From positions 186,312,001 through 186,376,000 of the forward strand of contig NC_086097.1 of NCBI RefSeq assembly GCF_963921235.1: DNA of 64,000 nt, given 5' to 3'. This DNA comes from Mobula hypostoma (Eukaryota). The notes under the pieces are model-generated. The model ran no database searches. It saw only the letters and a program-made list of their open reading frames with translations, and was not told where the DNA came from. A program made the position numbers and the translations under genes. This document shows, piece by piece, positions 23,057 through 36,542 of the stretch (position 1 is its first letter; the number at the start of each line of letters is the position of its first letter).

Positions 23057-26000
23057 ATGGACCCAGCAGGGTACTGGAGTCTCTCGTCAGCTGTAGCTGG
23101 CCACAGTGAGAAGATTTCAAGACAGAGCCTGGAGATACGCGACCTCCAGGTTGCCATGCGCCCACTGTCACCAGGGGAAAGCCAGAATCGCTCGGTTGAG
23201 GCCACTGGTCGCGCTGCAGAATCAGTTCATTGTCTGATCTCGAGAGGTTTGGCGCTCACCTGGGTTCTTGCCACAGATTCCTCAATGAGTGCTCATTGGT
23301 GTTAGAACTCCAGCTGTCCCGGTTTCCTACAGAATGCAGAAAAGTGCCTTCATGATCTCTCCGCAGATTGGGGGAGCTCTAGTCTGAGCCACTGTTCATT
23401 GGGAGCAGACATTGGAGGTTTGCTCTGATTTGTAAGAACTCATAAATACCACGAAGAGGGTGTTTCATCATCTGGCTGGAGCTAAAAGATCCTTGGACTG
23501 TCTGACAGTACATCAAAGCTGCCAACTATGCAATTGAGTTTCAGACATTAAATGGGGAGGCCTTAGCCACTCTGTACCACCATGGACTCCAAGGTGAATG
23601 GAGAGATGTCATTGCTTTGGGAAAGCTGGTAGAGGACTTAGGGGCTCTGACGGATCAGTCCATCTACCTCAGTAATTGCCTGGTGGGGCAAAGGTGGGAC
23701 TATCTCAAGGGGCCAAAGAAGGCTAGCCCAAGACCAGCCTTGTTGTATCATAATTCCACTTCCCGACCTCAGAGAATGATGAGCCCATCACCTGCACAAG
23801 ACCCCGTCGAGCCAATGCAAATCAGCTGCATAAGACCCTCCACTGATGAGAGATCCCGGCGTTAGAGTCAAGATTGGGGCTTCTACTGCGTGGAAGCAGG
23901 TCACCTGCAGGCCGAATGTCTGAAGCTGCAGCCGCAGGGAAAACTGCTAAAACTGTCCAGTGTCAGGAGGACTGTCATGGTAGCAGCCGTTACTCCCAAC
24001 CCTACAGATTCTGGTGTCATGCTGGAGGTGGAGATCTCCTAGGGAAAGAACCAGTGCAAGGTGAATGCCTTTGTGGACTCTGGGGCAGTTGGTAACTCCC
24101 TGGACTTGGGGACAGTCCCTTGGCTCAGAGTTGAGCCAGTACATAACCGCATCTGCCCTATTCAGACATCCTCTTGGGTCCGGCTAGATCTTGTAGCAGA
24201 CGTCAGTTTTGCAAATGAGGATAGGGAAACATGTGGAGGATATTTGTTTTCACATCATAGATTCTCCTCACATACCTTGATCCTTGGGTTCCCTTGGCAT
24301 TCCAAGCATAACCTGTCCGTGGACTGGGCAGAAGGGAGAATCATCACATGGTCAAGTCCTTTCAGGAAGGAGTGTCTTTGGTTTGGTTGGTTCCAACCCC
24401 CAGACTCTCCCAAGACCAGTGGCTGATGAGGAGGCAGACATTTGTTCAGGGTAACCCAAAGCCTTCAGGAGATCCAGTCATGCCTCCATGTGTGGACAAG
24501 CCAATCAACAGGACTGTGCGAGTTCCAGCCCTATCTAGTCAGAGGTGCGCTGGAATTTGAGTTAAGGATCTCAAGTTCAAGAACTAGCCAAGTAGCTTGC
24601 CAAGGAAGGTCCCAGGAATTCTGGAACCCTAGTAGCCAAACCTAATGGAACCTATCACCAGGTTCTGTTTAAGGGAATGGCTCCTAAACAGAGATCATTG
24701 GAGGTACTACACACAAAAACTTAGCAGGCCAGGTAGCATCTCTGGAAAATAATAAACAATTGATGTTTTGGGCCAAGACCCTTCTTCAGGACTCAGAAAG
24801 GAAGGGGAGAAGTCAGATTAAGAAGGTGGGGGGAGGGCAGGAAGGAGTACAAGGTGGCAGGTGATAGGTGAAACAGGGAGAGGGGGTGGGCTGGGAAGTT
24901 GATTGGTGAAATTGATAAAGGGCAGGAGAAGGGGGAAATCTGACAGGAGAGGTTAGAAGACCATGGAGAAAAGAGAAGTGGGAGGAGTAGCAGAGGGAGG
25001 TGATAGGCTGGAAAGGAGATAAGGTGAGAGAGGGAAGTAGAAATGGGGAATGGTGAAGGGGAGGACAGTTGCCGGAAGTTCGAGAAATCGATATTCATGC
25101 CATCAGGTTGGAGGCTACCAAGGCTGTTGAAATTCCCTGCGTCTACAAGGATTTGGATGAATCTTCAGCAAGGGAATGGCTTTGACTCTTGCACCGCACT
25201 GACCCTATGACTGTGCAGTAAACATTCCGCCTGGTACTTGTCCTCCACATGGTCAATTGTACACACTCTCAGGCCCAGAGAGATGCTCTATGGAGGAGTA
25301 CAAAGAAGAGACTCTTGAAGTGGGATTCATTCAACCCTCCAGCTCACCAGCCAGTTCAGGCTTCTTCATACAAAAAAGGACAGACGCCTACAGCCATGCG
25401 TTAATTATAGAGGACTGAGTTGCACAGCAGCCAAAAATCGTTACCCCCTTTCACTCATGAACACTGCCTTTGAAGTACTCCAAGGGGAAAGAGTATTGTC
25501 AAAGCTAGACTTGAGGTGTGCATACAACCTAGTCCACATAAAGGAGAGTTACGAATGGAAGACCGTGTTCAACACACTGACAGGGCATCATGAGTACCTC
25601 GTCATGCCCTTCATCCAACACACCAGCAGGTTCCAGGCCTTTATAAACAAGTATGCCTTCTTTACTTGGTAGGCATCTGAATTTTCTCGAGACCATGGAG
25701 TAGCATGTCACTCTCTCAGGGATACCTTAAAGATCTTCTTGATCACAGACTTTATGTCAAGCTTGAAAACTCCACATCTCATGTGACCACAGTTTCATTT
25801 TTGTGTTTTATCATCTCTATTGTCAATCTCAAGATGGACCCTACTCGGATACAAACAGTCAGAGACTGGCCACAGCCATCCAATGTGAAACAACTCCAAT
25901 GGTTTCTGTGACTTGCCAACTTTAATGGAAAGTTCATCAGGAACTTTGGCTCGATGATGGCTCTAGTGACAACACTAACAAAGAGATCCATGGGCCCTTT

Positions 26001-27120
26001 TGTTTGGGTTACTGAAGCAGAGACTTCTTTTGCAGAGCTCAAACAGTGGTTCACAACAGCTAACCTGGACCTTCCCTTTGTCATGGTGATAAACACTGTG
26101 GATGTTGGAATGGATGCAGCATTGTCTCAATGGACACCCTCAGACAATAAGCTGCACCCATGTGCATACTTCTCCAGACATCTAACCCCGGTGGAGGTGA
26201 ACTATGATATTGGAAATAGGAACTGCTCATGGTCAAGCTGGCACAGGAAGAATGAGCGGGCCAAAAACCCTTTTATTATGCCGTCAGACCATAAAATCCT
26301 GGCTTATATTCAGGAGACCAAAGGACTGAATTCCAGGCAGGCCAGATGGTCTCATTTACTTCAACTGTTTCAATTTTGTTCTGACCTATTGACCAGGGTC
26401 AAAGGATAAAAAGCTGGATGCCTTGTCTCATCAGTTCAATGAACGCAAAAAAGAGGAGCAGCCTTCCACCACTTAGCCCCCGAGCTAGAGTGATAGCGTT
26501 CATTCGTTGGGGAATTGACACACTTGTACATAAGGTCCAGACACAAGAGGAGATTCCCAAGAACAGTCCTCCACATTGTCTATTTGTTCCAAATTCAGTC
26601 AAGTCTAAGGTTTTTCAATGGGGACATGCAACTGAAATGAATTTTCGCCCAGGGGTTGCCAGAACCCTCAATTTCATTAAGAGGAGAGACTGGTGGCCTG
26701 GAATGGCTGGAGAAGTCTGACAATATATGCAAGCATGTAAGGTGTGTGCCTCGAACAAGGAGCCCCACACCTAACCTCAGGGGCTCCTTTGCCCTCACCC
26801 TGTTTCAGTCAGACCGTGGCCTCACATCTCCATGGACCTAGTCGCGGGCCTTCCATCTTCCGTGGAGAAGACCTTCATCATGATGATTGTGGATCACTTC
26901 TCGAAAACCTGTAAATTCATAGCATTGGACAAACTACTTGTGGCAGTGGAGATGACTGAGATTGTCCTTCATCAGGACTTCGGGGTCCACGGAATTCTGA
27001 TGGACGTTATGTCAAATTGTGGTTCATAGTTCACTTTGCATTTTTGGAAAGCACTCTATTCACTGATTAGGGCTATAATGAACCTTTCCTCTGGGTTTCA
27101 TCTGCAGTCCAACAGATGAA
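23057..27120 (+). pseudogene. gag-pol of the Sushi-like element (gag, PR, RT, RNase H, integrase), many lesions, integrase C-terminus deleted
   Basis: MDPAG start; [24 protein letters not shown]...[25 protein letters not shown]...NYDIGNR; MDLVAGLPSS...VDHFSK. Confidence 0.9.
24709..25125 (-). mobile_element. Penelope 3' fragment inserted between protease and RT of the Sushi-like element
   Basis: LGSLQPDGMNIDFSNFR plus Penelope terminus. Confidence 0.85.
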
Positions 27121-27175
27121 GCAGGGTATGGTGTGAACCCTGAGATGCCTGGCCTCAGAAGGACCAGAGGAGTAG

Positions 27176-27778
27176 TGTGACAATTTGATGTGTGGCAGAG
27201 GGCATCACCAACACACCACAGCATTCTGAGTAAGGGATGTCTCCGTCTGAATCCCAATTGGAGTATTCTCCACCATTCTTCCCTAAGCAGGAGGCCAAGG
27301 TTGGGGTTCCTGCTGTTGAAGATCTCATCAACCACAGCAAGGAGTATTTTCCAGAGTATAAATTTAAGCCCAATTCTCTGGAGTATGGATTTAGGCCCAG
27401 TTCTCCAGAGTATGGATTTAGGCCCAATCCTCCAGAATATGGATTTAGGCCCAGCTCTCTGGAGTATGGATTTAAGTACAATTCTCTGGAGTATGGATGT
27501 AGGCCTGCTCCACTAATTGGTGGTCATATTTTAGCACTAAGATTTGGATATAGATAGGGAACCAGGACTCAGCTTTGGTGCTCAATCGTCAGCTCAACTC
27601 TGGTTCAGTCTGCGATTGTGTTTAAGATTTCTGTCTCTTTTGGATTCTCATCTAGTTCTCATCCAGCACCTAGTCAAGAACCTTGTTCTCGTCACAGTCT
27701 CAAAATCATGTCTCAGTTCTAGTCTCAGGTACTCCAGCACTTGGGTCTTTATAATCCTCACCTAGGCCTCTCGTCACA
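27176..27778 (+). repeat. 3' LTR of the Sushi-like element
   Basis: Purine-rich tract then TGTGAC; ends GTCACA; distal part matches 22784-23039. Confidence 0.85.
27354..27505. repeat. 27-bp tandem repeat, ~5.6 copies, inside the 3' LTR
   Basis: Unit GAGTATGGATTTAGGCCCARTTCTCYR at 27354, 27381, 27408, 27435, 27462 and 27489. Confidence 0.95.
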
Positions 27779-28199
27779 TAGTTAAATGAATGTATCATGA
27801 CATTAGGGAAATACAATGTCAAAGTATGATCAAAGTGCACTTCCAAAATAATTCCTCTATTTATCTCCAGCATGGCTCCACCTTGAAAATGCTGATTCTT
27901 ATTATTGTCATATATTTTAATGGAACAGTTAGTCTTGCAGCAAGCCTAAAATGTGCTGATTTGGAAAGGAGCGGAATTCAATTATTCAGCAGATTTGTTA
28001 CATAAGGAAACAATGACTGGTGCTTTTAAGGAGAGCATATGACTCATCTGAATTTTCCACAGTGCAACAGTGGGAGTGAAAACAACAACCATACACGAAT
28101 GGCAATAAACTGAACTGTTGCCATTGGTAAATTCAAAGTTTTGTTCAGAGGATTTAGTAAATTTTGCTCTCAAGCTTTTTCTTACACTCCTTTATCAAT

Positions 28200-28780
28200 G
28201 GAGTTATTCTTTCCTTAATGTTCCATCCTCATGGCCATCTCCTGTTGATATGAGGCAAAATTCTAACTTTACCACCGTGGTTCTTGTGAAATCGTCGCAA
28301 AGGAATTGATGCCAGCATGCACAGTATCCGCTCACTGCCTGAGGAATCTAAAGCTCCCCAGCCACGCAGTCATCAGCATTATCCTCCTGCTTTTGTGTTC
28401 ACTAGAGGGAGCAATTTGAAAATTACTCTGTTTGTGGTCAAACTTCTTAACTTCATTCGTAACTCTGCCTGGAATCTCTTTCCTTTTTCTACCTATGCCA
28501 TCTTTTGGCTCACTCCTTCCTTGGGACACTTTTAGTGCTGACCTTTGCCAAAGAGACAATGAACCATGTAAGATTCACACTGATAGTTGCAGCGATGTCT
28601 GTCTCTGCCCCAGCCCATGGAAACTCAATGATTACTGCACATTTACACTTTGCTGCTCTCCCTCAATATTTATTTTCCTTGGTGCTATATCCTGATCTGG
28701 ACTCCTACAAAATGTCATTTATCATACCAGGTTTGAGAGTGGTAAGCACTTTGAAGATCCCTTTTCTTCCTGTTATCAGG
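28200..28780 (-). mobile_element. Old CR1 ORF1 (SGNH esterase-like) relic
   Basis: DGIGRKRKE...SEHKSRRIMLMTAWL...FRFL resembles CR1 ORF1 NDIGRKRDE...NAWL...FRFL. Confidence 0.55.
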
Positions 28781-28904
28781 TGGCTACACCCTTACTGATC
28801 TAATCACCCTGTAGATGTGGAGAAACCACATGCTTGGACATACAATCCAGGAAGCTTTCAGATTCTCTAATGCTCTGAAATGGATCCAGCAATTCAAAGT
28901 TCAA

Positions 28905-30100
28905 CTTAAGAACGTAAGAAATATGATCAGGAGTAGGCCATCTGGCCTGTTGAGCCTACTCTGCCATTCAATAAGATAATGGCTTATCTGATCATGGACT
29001 CATCTCCACCTGCCTGCCTTTCTCCTATAACCCTTAATTCGCCTACTATACAAAAATCTATCCAACCTTGTTTTAAATATATTTACTGAGGTACCCTCCA
29101 TTACTTCATTGGGCAGAGAATTCCACAGATTTACCACTCTTTGAGAAAAGCAGATCCTCCTCATCTCTGTCCTGAGCCTATTCCCCCGAATCTTGAGGCT
29201 CTGTCCCCTAGTTCTAGTCAGTGGAAACATCTACCCTGTCCCTTTCATAATTTTATATGTTTCTATACGATCTCCTCTCATTCTTCTGAATTCCAACGAG
29301 TACAGTCCCAGATGACTCAATCTCTCCTCATAGTCTAACCCCCTCATCTCTGGAATCAACCTGGTGAACCTCCTCTGCACTGCCTCCAAAGCCAGCATAT
29401 CCTTCCTCAAGTAAGGAGACCAGAACTGCACGCAGTGCTCCAGGTGCGGCCTCACCGGTACCCTGTACAGTTGCAGCATAACCTCCCTGCTCTTAAATCC
29501 AATAACTCTAGCAATGAAGGCCAACACCCCATTTGCCTTTTCAATAGCCCTGCTGCACCTGCAAACCAATCTTTTGTGATTCGTGCACTCCCTCTGCACA
29601 GCAGCATGCTGCTTTTTTTTACCATTTAAATAATAATCTGCTCTTCCATTTTACCTTCCAAAGTGGATGACTTCGCATTTACCAACAGTGTATTCTATCT
29701 GCCAGACCCTTGCCCACTCACTTAGCCTATCTGCAGACTCTCTGTATCTTCTGCACAATTTTGTTTTTCGCTCAATTTAGTTACATCAGCAAACTTAGAT
29801 ACACTACACGCAGACCCTGCTTCCAGATTGTTAATGTATATCGTGAACAGTTGCAGGTCCAGAACCCTGCAGCACACCGCCCACCACTGATTGCTAACCA
29901 GAGTAACACCCATGTATCCCAACTCTCTGCTTTTTATTAGTTAACCAATCCTCTATCCATGCTAATACATCAACCCCAACTCTATGAATCCTTATCTTAT
30001 GGATAAGTCTTTTACGCGGCATCTTATTGAACGACTTCTGGAAATCGAAGTAAATGACGTCCATCTGTTCCCCTCTATCCACTGCGCTCATTATAACTTC
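28905..30100 (-). mobile_element. CR1 LINE 3' portion
   Basis: DFQKSFNKMP, SKFADVTKL, VRPHLEHCVQFWSPYL. Confidence 0.93.
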
Positions 30101-30334
30101 AAAGACAACAAAGCACTGACTAATGGCATATGTACAGTTTGTCAAAAATGGAAAATTTTATGAAGATATTCTCTTCTGTAAAAAGTTAAAAAAAATATCA
30201 ACAGAAAATCAATCTGTGATGAATGCAAAATGTATATTGAGAATAAAAGCATTCTAATCAGGAACATGATTTCTTGTACAACAGATGGAGCACCATAGAA
30301 GACCAGGAGTCTTATCTATCTTCAGGCCCACAAG

Positions 30335-31855
30335 TTTTCAAAGTAAATTTATCAAATTACATTTGTGATTCCATATACTACTTGAGATTCACTTTCTTTT
30401 AAGCATTTATGGGGAAAAAAAGAAATTCAAAAAAAAGTTCAAAAAGAGCTATACGTAAATAGACCAGAAAAAAAAATGCGCAAAAGAAGACAAAGTATGC
30501 AAATAAAAAATAATGCTGAATACAAGAGCAGTAAAGTGATCCTGAAAGTGAGACTGTAGGTCATACAATCAGTTCACAGTACTGGTAATTGAAGTTATCC
30601 ACACTGGCTCAGGAGCTTGGTAGCTGCTCCTGAACCTGGTGGTGTGGTATCTAAGGCTTCTGTATCTCCTGCCTGATAGTAGTACACATCGTGCACCCCT
30701 TATCCATGTTTCTAAAATCTAAAAACCTTGACATGACATTACAAATGGAAAATTCTATTAGGGGCTGGGAAATTTCCAAGGCGATGCGCAGGTCTCTGGG
30801 CATCATAGACAATTCTGAAAAGTGACCTTACATATATAAAGAACAGAAGTTAATGCAAAGTAGAAAAACACTGCATAATGCAAAAAAATGAAGACCTCAA
30901 TCATGTATTGAAAGAGTGGATTTGTCCGTGTCAGCATGAACATACACCGTTAAACGGTATGCTGATTATGAAACAAGCAACGATCTATCATGACAAACTG
31001 AAAATTGAAGGTAACTGTGAATATTCCTCAGGCTGGTTGCAGAAGTTTAAGAAAAGGCACAGCATTAAATTTTTAAAGATCTGTGGTAATAAGGTGTCTG
31101 CTGATCATGAAGCAGCAGAGAAATTAATTGATTTTGCCATGATCATCACCGATGAAAGCCTTACACGCTGAAAGAATGCATCAGTACATATGTATGATGA
31201 ACAAGTGTAAGGCAAAGACTTCTTACTGGTAGCACATAAATTCAGAGCTGGGAATTATGGTGATACCAAACAGCCACTGACTGTCCTCCTGGGGGGCCAA
31301 GGTAGTGATAACTTACTTTTCCAGTGGTTCAATATATATAATATTGTTTCATGCACAAAATTATGAAAAAATCTAAATAAAATTACCTTTATAGTATATG
31401 TATAAGCTGTGTATGGAATGTACATGAACTTTGTGTTTACACTTGGGTCCCACCCCCAAGGTATCTCGTTATATAGATGCAACTGTTCCAAAATCTGAAA
31501 AAAATCCGAAGTCCAAGACACTTACAGCCCAAGCATTTTGGATAAGGGGTGCTCATCTTGCAGGGCATGAGGGCATGGCCTGGACGGTGGAGGTCTTTGA
31601 TGATGAATGCTGCTTTTCTGTGGCTGTTTCCCATGTAAACGTACTCAATGGTATGGAGGGCGCTGTCTGTGATGTACTGGGCAATGTCCACCACTTTTTG
31701 TAGTCTTTTCTGTTCCTGGGCACTGGTGTTTCCACACCAGGCCACATTGCAACCAGCTAGGTTACTCTCCCCTGTGCATCTATAGAAGTCTGTCAAAGAT
31801 ATCGGTGACATACCAAATCTATGCAAACTTTTAAGAAAGTAGAGATGTTGTAATG
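30335..31855 (-). mobile_element. Rex1/Babar LINE 3' portion interrupted by a Tigger element
   Basis: LYFLKSLHRFGMSPISLTDFYRCTGESNLAGCNVAWCGN; 3' UTR continues left of 30685. Confidence 0.8.
30685..31560 (+). mobile_element. Tigger/pogo DNA transposon, internally deleted
   Basis: Inverted termini containing GCACCCCTTATCC / GGATAAGGGGTGC; ORF 30878-31171 is a CENP-B-type HTH (LKEWI...SSGWLQKFKKRH...SADHEAA). Confidence 0.9.
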
Positions 31856-33744
31856 GCACTCAAGGTTGAAAATTATGAGCCTGAGTTTGGTCTATTAGGG
31901 ATACTTTCTATCACCCTACAGGATACATGGCATGCCCCAAAGTTCCCAAGTGATGCAAGAGTTGCAGGCAACAGTTCTCAGCTATCCGTAGACGATGTAA
32001 GGAACAGGGACCGTAAAAAGGACAGCATAGTGGTGCTGCAGATTGTTCAGCTGCCTCAGGAACCCAGTGACCACCGTTGATTCTTTCCTTTGTCAGAATG
32101 GTATTTGCGTTATCATGCAGTGGCCACATGGATTTTTGCTGAGTGCTTCAGTTTCGACTCACATCCCAATGATAAGCTGGTTGGTAGGTTTCCAGGTGAC
32201 TGTAAGTTGTCCTTCACATAAGTAGGCATAGGAGAACCATGAGGAAATTGATGAATATTTTATGGAGAGTAGATTACAGACCAATAAATGGGGGAGTGAG
32301 GCATTATGGATTGCTTTGCAAGCCAGCATGGACTTGATGGTCTTGCTTCTGCATCATAAAACAATGAAATAATTTTCTTCTCTATTCTCTTCTTACCAAG
32401 TCTGATTAAGTAAATGTCATTTTCTAATTTGTTTAACCAGAGTTTGTTTTAAATATGGGGCTCCATTTCTCCCTCTCAAATTCTCTTAAACACTATTTTC
32501 TTGTCCTCTTCCTTCAGCAGATGCACTATGTATGGCACATTCTGAAAACTGGACACTCAGCATTACGCCTTTGCCATTGGGTGAAACGTCTGGAACATAC
32601 CAAGTGGTATGACTGCTTGGCTATACTCACCACATAGATTGTAATGGTTTGAATTGTAGACTCACCAGGAAAACTTCAATGGACTGCAGATGCTGGTATA
32701 TGGAGCAACACGCACGATGCTGAAGAACCTCATTTTTGAAGGGAAATAGATAGTCGATGTCTCAGGTTGAGACACTTCATCGAGACTACATGTCATCTGT
32801 TCATTCCTGTCCTTATCATCACTCAAAAAAATGCTTTATTCAGGTTTTACATTATAAGCTTTGATAATTTAATAAGCCTATTTTACATTTCCTCACCTCA
32901 ATATCAAACCATACTCGCAGATTAAATGAGAAAGTGACAAACATACAACAATCAAACATATTGTTTTCCTATTTTATTTCAGCCTTTCGATCTGTCACAC
33001 TAGAAACATTCTGACTTTAAAAGGTTTATTCTCAGTGACACAATGAATTAGTTGATATCTTGTTGAGCGATCATAGTGCAACCCATCAAATCAGCGAGCA
33101 GCACCTCCTTTCAATAAAAGATGCTGCCTGCTGCAATCTCAAAAACAGAATTAATTCTGCATTGTGAATCTAAGTGTTAGTATATGCAAACTGAATATTT
33201 GAATGCTAAATATTGATACAAAACAGTCCAAACAAGAATATTATTACTTTAAAATGGCTTTGACATTAAGGTTATTAAACTAAACGATGTCTGGGCTTCA
33301 GGAGATAATGTCATATCTGCTGTGAAATAAAATTTTCTCTACTGTCACGCCAATGTGTCTTAACCACTACCAGACAGGTGATTAATCTGAGCCACAGCCG
33401 TGCTTGATCCTTTGGACCAATTAAAAAGTAAAATGTTAACAGCCAGCAAGCAAAAAAAGGCATTTATTCTATTACATTCAAAGTCAAGTCTCACAAGTGA
33501 AACATCTATTGCACTCCATTACCTTTCAATGAAAATGCATCATCAAACAGATGCCCAACATATTTACAGGTAAGACGTTATGGCTCTGGCAAATGTACAG
33601 CAGAAGTATAATCATTTGATGCAGAACCCAACAAATGACAAGGAAAGGTGACTGGAGTTGTTTTTCTGAGCTTACAGTTGTTATAAGACTCAAGACCTGT
33701 AGACTATTCATGTAAACACACTGAACCCATTAAGTCACATCACA

Positions 33745-34842
33745 TCGACAGTGATGAAATGCTCAGAGAGGTTGATTATGACTATACTGAACTCTTGCCT
33801 CAGCAAAGACCTGGACCCTTTGCAATTTGCCTATTTCCACAATAGGTTAATGGCAGATGCAATCTCAATGGCTTTTCACACAGCTTTAGACCACCTGGAC
33901 AACACGAACACCTACGTCAGGATGCTGTTCATCGAATATAGCTCAGCATTTAATACCATCATTCCCACAATCCCAATTGAGAAGTTGCAGAACCTGGGCC
34001 TCTGTAACTCCCTCTGCAATTGTATCCTCAACTTCCTAACCGGAAGACCACAATCTGTGTGGATTGGTGATAACATATCCTCCTCACTGACAATCAACAC
34101 TGGTGCACCTCAGGGGTGTGTGCTTAGCCCACTGTTCTACTCTCTATATTCACATGACTGTGTGGATAGGCATAACTCAAATATCATGTATAAATTTGCT
34201 GACAATATAACCATTGTTGGCAGAATCTCAGGAGGTGATGAGAGGGCGTACAGGAGTGAGATATGCCAACTAGTGGAGTGGTGTCACAGCAATAACGTTG
34301 TACTCAATGTCAGTAAGACGAAAGAGCTGATTGTGGACTTCAGGAAGGGTAAGACGAAGGAACACATACCAATCCTCATAGAGGGATCAGAAGTGGAGAG
34401 AATGAGCAGTTTCAAGTTCCTGGGTGTCAAGATCTCTGAGGATCTAACCTGGTCCCAACATATCAATGTGGTTATAAAGAAGGCAAGACAGCGGCTATAC
34501 TTTATTAGGAATTTGACGTGATTTGGCATGTTAACAAATACACACAAAAACTTTTGTAGTTGTTCCATGGAGAGCATTCTGACAGGCTGCATCACTGTAT
34601 GGTATGGAGGGGCTACTGCACAGGACCGAAAGAAGCTGCAGAAGGTTCTAAATCTGGACAGCTCCATCTTGGGTACCTGCCTACAAAGTACCCAGGACAT
34701 CTTTAGAGAGCAGTGTCTCAGAAAGGCAGCATCCATTATTATTAATTTTGTTTCTCTCTGCTAGATTATATATTGTATTGAACTGCTGCTGCTAAGTTAA
34801 CAAATTTCACATCACATGCCGGTGATAATAAATCTGATTCTG
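33745..34842 (+). mobile_element. Rex1/Babar LINE, 5'-truncated; RT ORF 33751-34521 ends at a premature stop
   Basis: [38 protein letters not shown]; tail AATAAATCTGATTCTG. Confidence 0.93.
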
Positions 34843-36047
34843 AAGCAAGGCTTGAGGAGTTTTATTAAAACACGTAATAGGAAGGTGACTAGAAAATTTA
34901 TGTTGACATTGGTGATTGTTTGGAATAGTTTGCACAAGGAAGTGCTTAAGAAAGGAATCATTATAATCTTCAGATATACAGTTGTGATGTGACACGTGGT
35001 TATGAGCAGGCGTCATTGGGTAGAAAATTTCCTTCAGTTGTATATTTTAAATGATCATATATAGGTAAGGTTTTTCCAAATCTTGATTCCATTACCTTCA
35101 ACAAACAATATTATGTATCACCTCAGACAATAGTGTTATGGAAGTATCTTATATAATTATTTAGTGCCTATCATAACTTTGTTTCTTATTTGTACTAATA
35201 TGAAATATTGGTTTTGACTATTAACACACTCAAAAATGTTATTGATAATGAAGCAAGGTAAATGAAGACTGTAGTGTATTGTAATGGAGGAAATACAACA
35301 AGTAAGCAAGACACATAAAACATAAGATAATAATAAAAAGATCTTAGAATATTGCTACTATCAGTGCCATGTGATTGAAAGTTAACTTTAGATGGATTGG
35401 AATACAAAAATAGCCATTTCCAGGTTGTTTCATATCACTATGGAAATTTCCCCAAGTACATCCTATCATGAGCTGTGCTCACTTTTCTGTTGTGATTTCG
35501 GTGTCTTTTCACACACCAGCCAAAATCACATCCACCCTGGGAATGTTAGGCTCCAAACATCCGGGTCTGCCATTGGTTCACACTCCAATTACCCTCGTGT
35601 TCCAGATGGACCCATCTATCTTCACTCCATCTATCAGTTCTAGTTCTCAGTTCCAAACCCCACCCGCTCCCAAATTTTTAAACTTCATTTTCAGGACCCG
35701 AGCATCGTAGACAGGGCCAAATTTATTGTCCATTCTAAATAGTCCTGATAAGCTGCTAGTTAGTAACCTTCTTGAACTATTTGCTCTCCTTCCAGTGAAC
35801 ATACTCATCTGGATTTAGACGACGAAAAATAGGCTATACATTCCATGTCAGTGTGGTGCACATCTTCAAGGACAGCCTTGTTAGATCCAAATGTTTAATT
35901 GTTATTTTCTTTGCAGCTTAACACTGTATTATCTATTTATATTTTATATAATTACTTATATACAAGTAACTGCTTAGCATTTCTCCTAGTGGCCACAGAA
36001 TGTATTTGCAGTTGTTCAGTGTGTCCCCTAGTGGTTACATTAGTATG

Positions 36048-36072
36048 ATTCTAGAAAGTTCTGGAAGCTTCT
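36048..36072. promoter_or_regulatory. Perfect five-unit heat-shock element
   Basis: TTCtaGAAagTTCtgGAAgcTTC, alternating nGAAn/nTTCn units. Confidence 0.65.
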
Positions 36073-36266
36073 CTGGCCCTGCTTTATTTGATTAGGGGGT
36101 TTCTCCTATTATATGATGAACTGATAAGTGAGGCTTTGGGTCTGCTCTGGGCTGCTCCAGGGTTTGGACCTGAAGATTCAATTTGTTGTTCAATTCAACT
36201 GTTTGCATGATTTGTGTTTTCTCCCTTTCTCTTGCTGTTAGTCTTTTTTTTCTTTAATTAGGTTCC

Positions 36267-36542
36267 TGTGGCGACCCACTTTCTAGCACACACGAACCGG
36301 CGCGCACCGACAGAGAGGCCAGCCTCAAAAAAGGCGTCAGGCCATCTTCACCAGCAGGTTGAAAATCCCGTGCGCGGAAAGGGTCTGGGAATATGCATTC
36401 CCCACAGCAGTCCCGCCCAGGGAGGGCGGGAATGGGAAGGCTTTAAAGCAGGTCGCGAAGTTTGAATAAATCTCTTTCATCGCAACTCCAACTCACCGAC
36501 TCCGTGTGGATATTCTAGTGCTGTGTGTAGCACACCGCTACA
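36267..36542 (+). mobile_element. Young solo LTR (276 bp)
   Basis: TGTGGCG...CGCTACA ends, 4-bp TSD TTCC, CpG-rich, TTTAAA and AATAAA signals. Confidence 0.9.

Larger units (their letters stand above)
18875..27778 (+). mobile_element. Gypsy LTR retrotransposon (Sushi/V-clade-like), decayed; 5' LTR split by the nested element
   Basis: 5' LTR = ~18875-19063 plus 22784-23039, aligning by eye with the 3' LTR 27176-27778 (TGTGAC...GTCACA); left boundary approximate. Confidence 0.85.

Noticed and set aside
27354..27505. Regular repeats as a CRISPR array or a repeat protein (EYGFRPSSP)
   Set aside because: Head-to-tail 27-bp units with no unique spacers, inside an LTR in eukaryotic DNA
30878..31171. 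Domesticated TIGD/JRK-type gene
   Set aside because: Only the HTH part remains, between TIRs, inserted in a LINE
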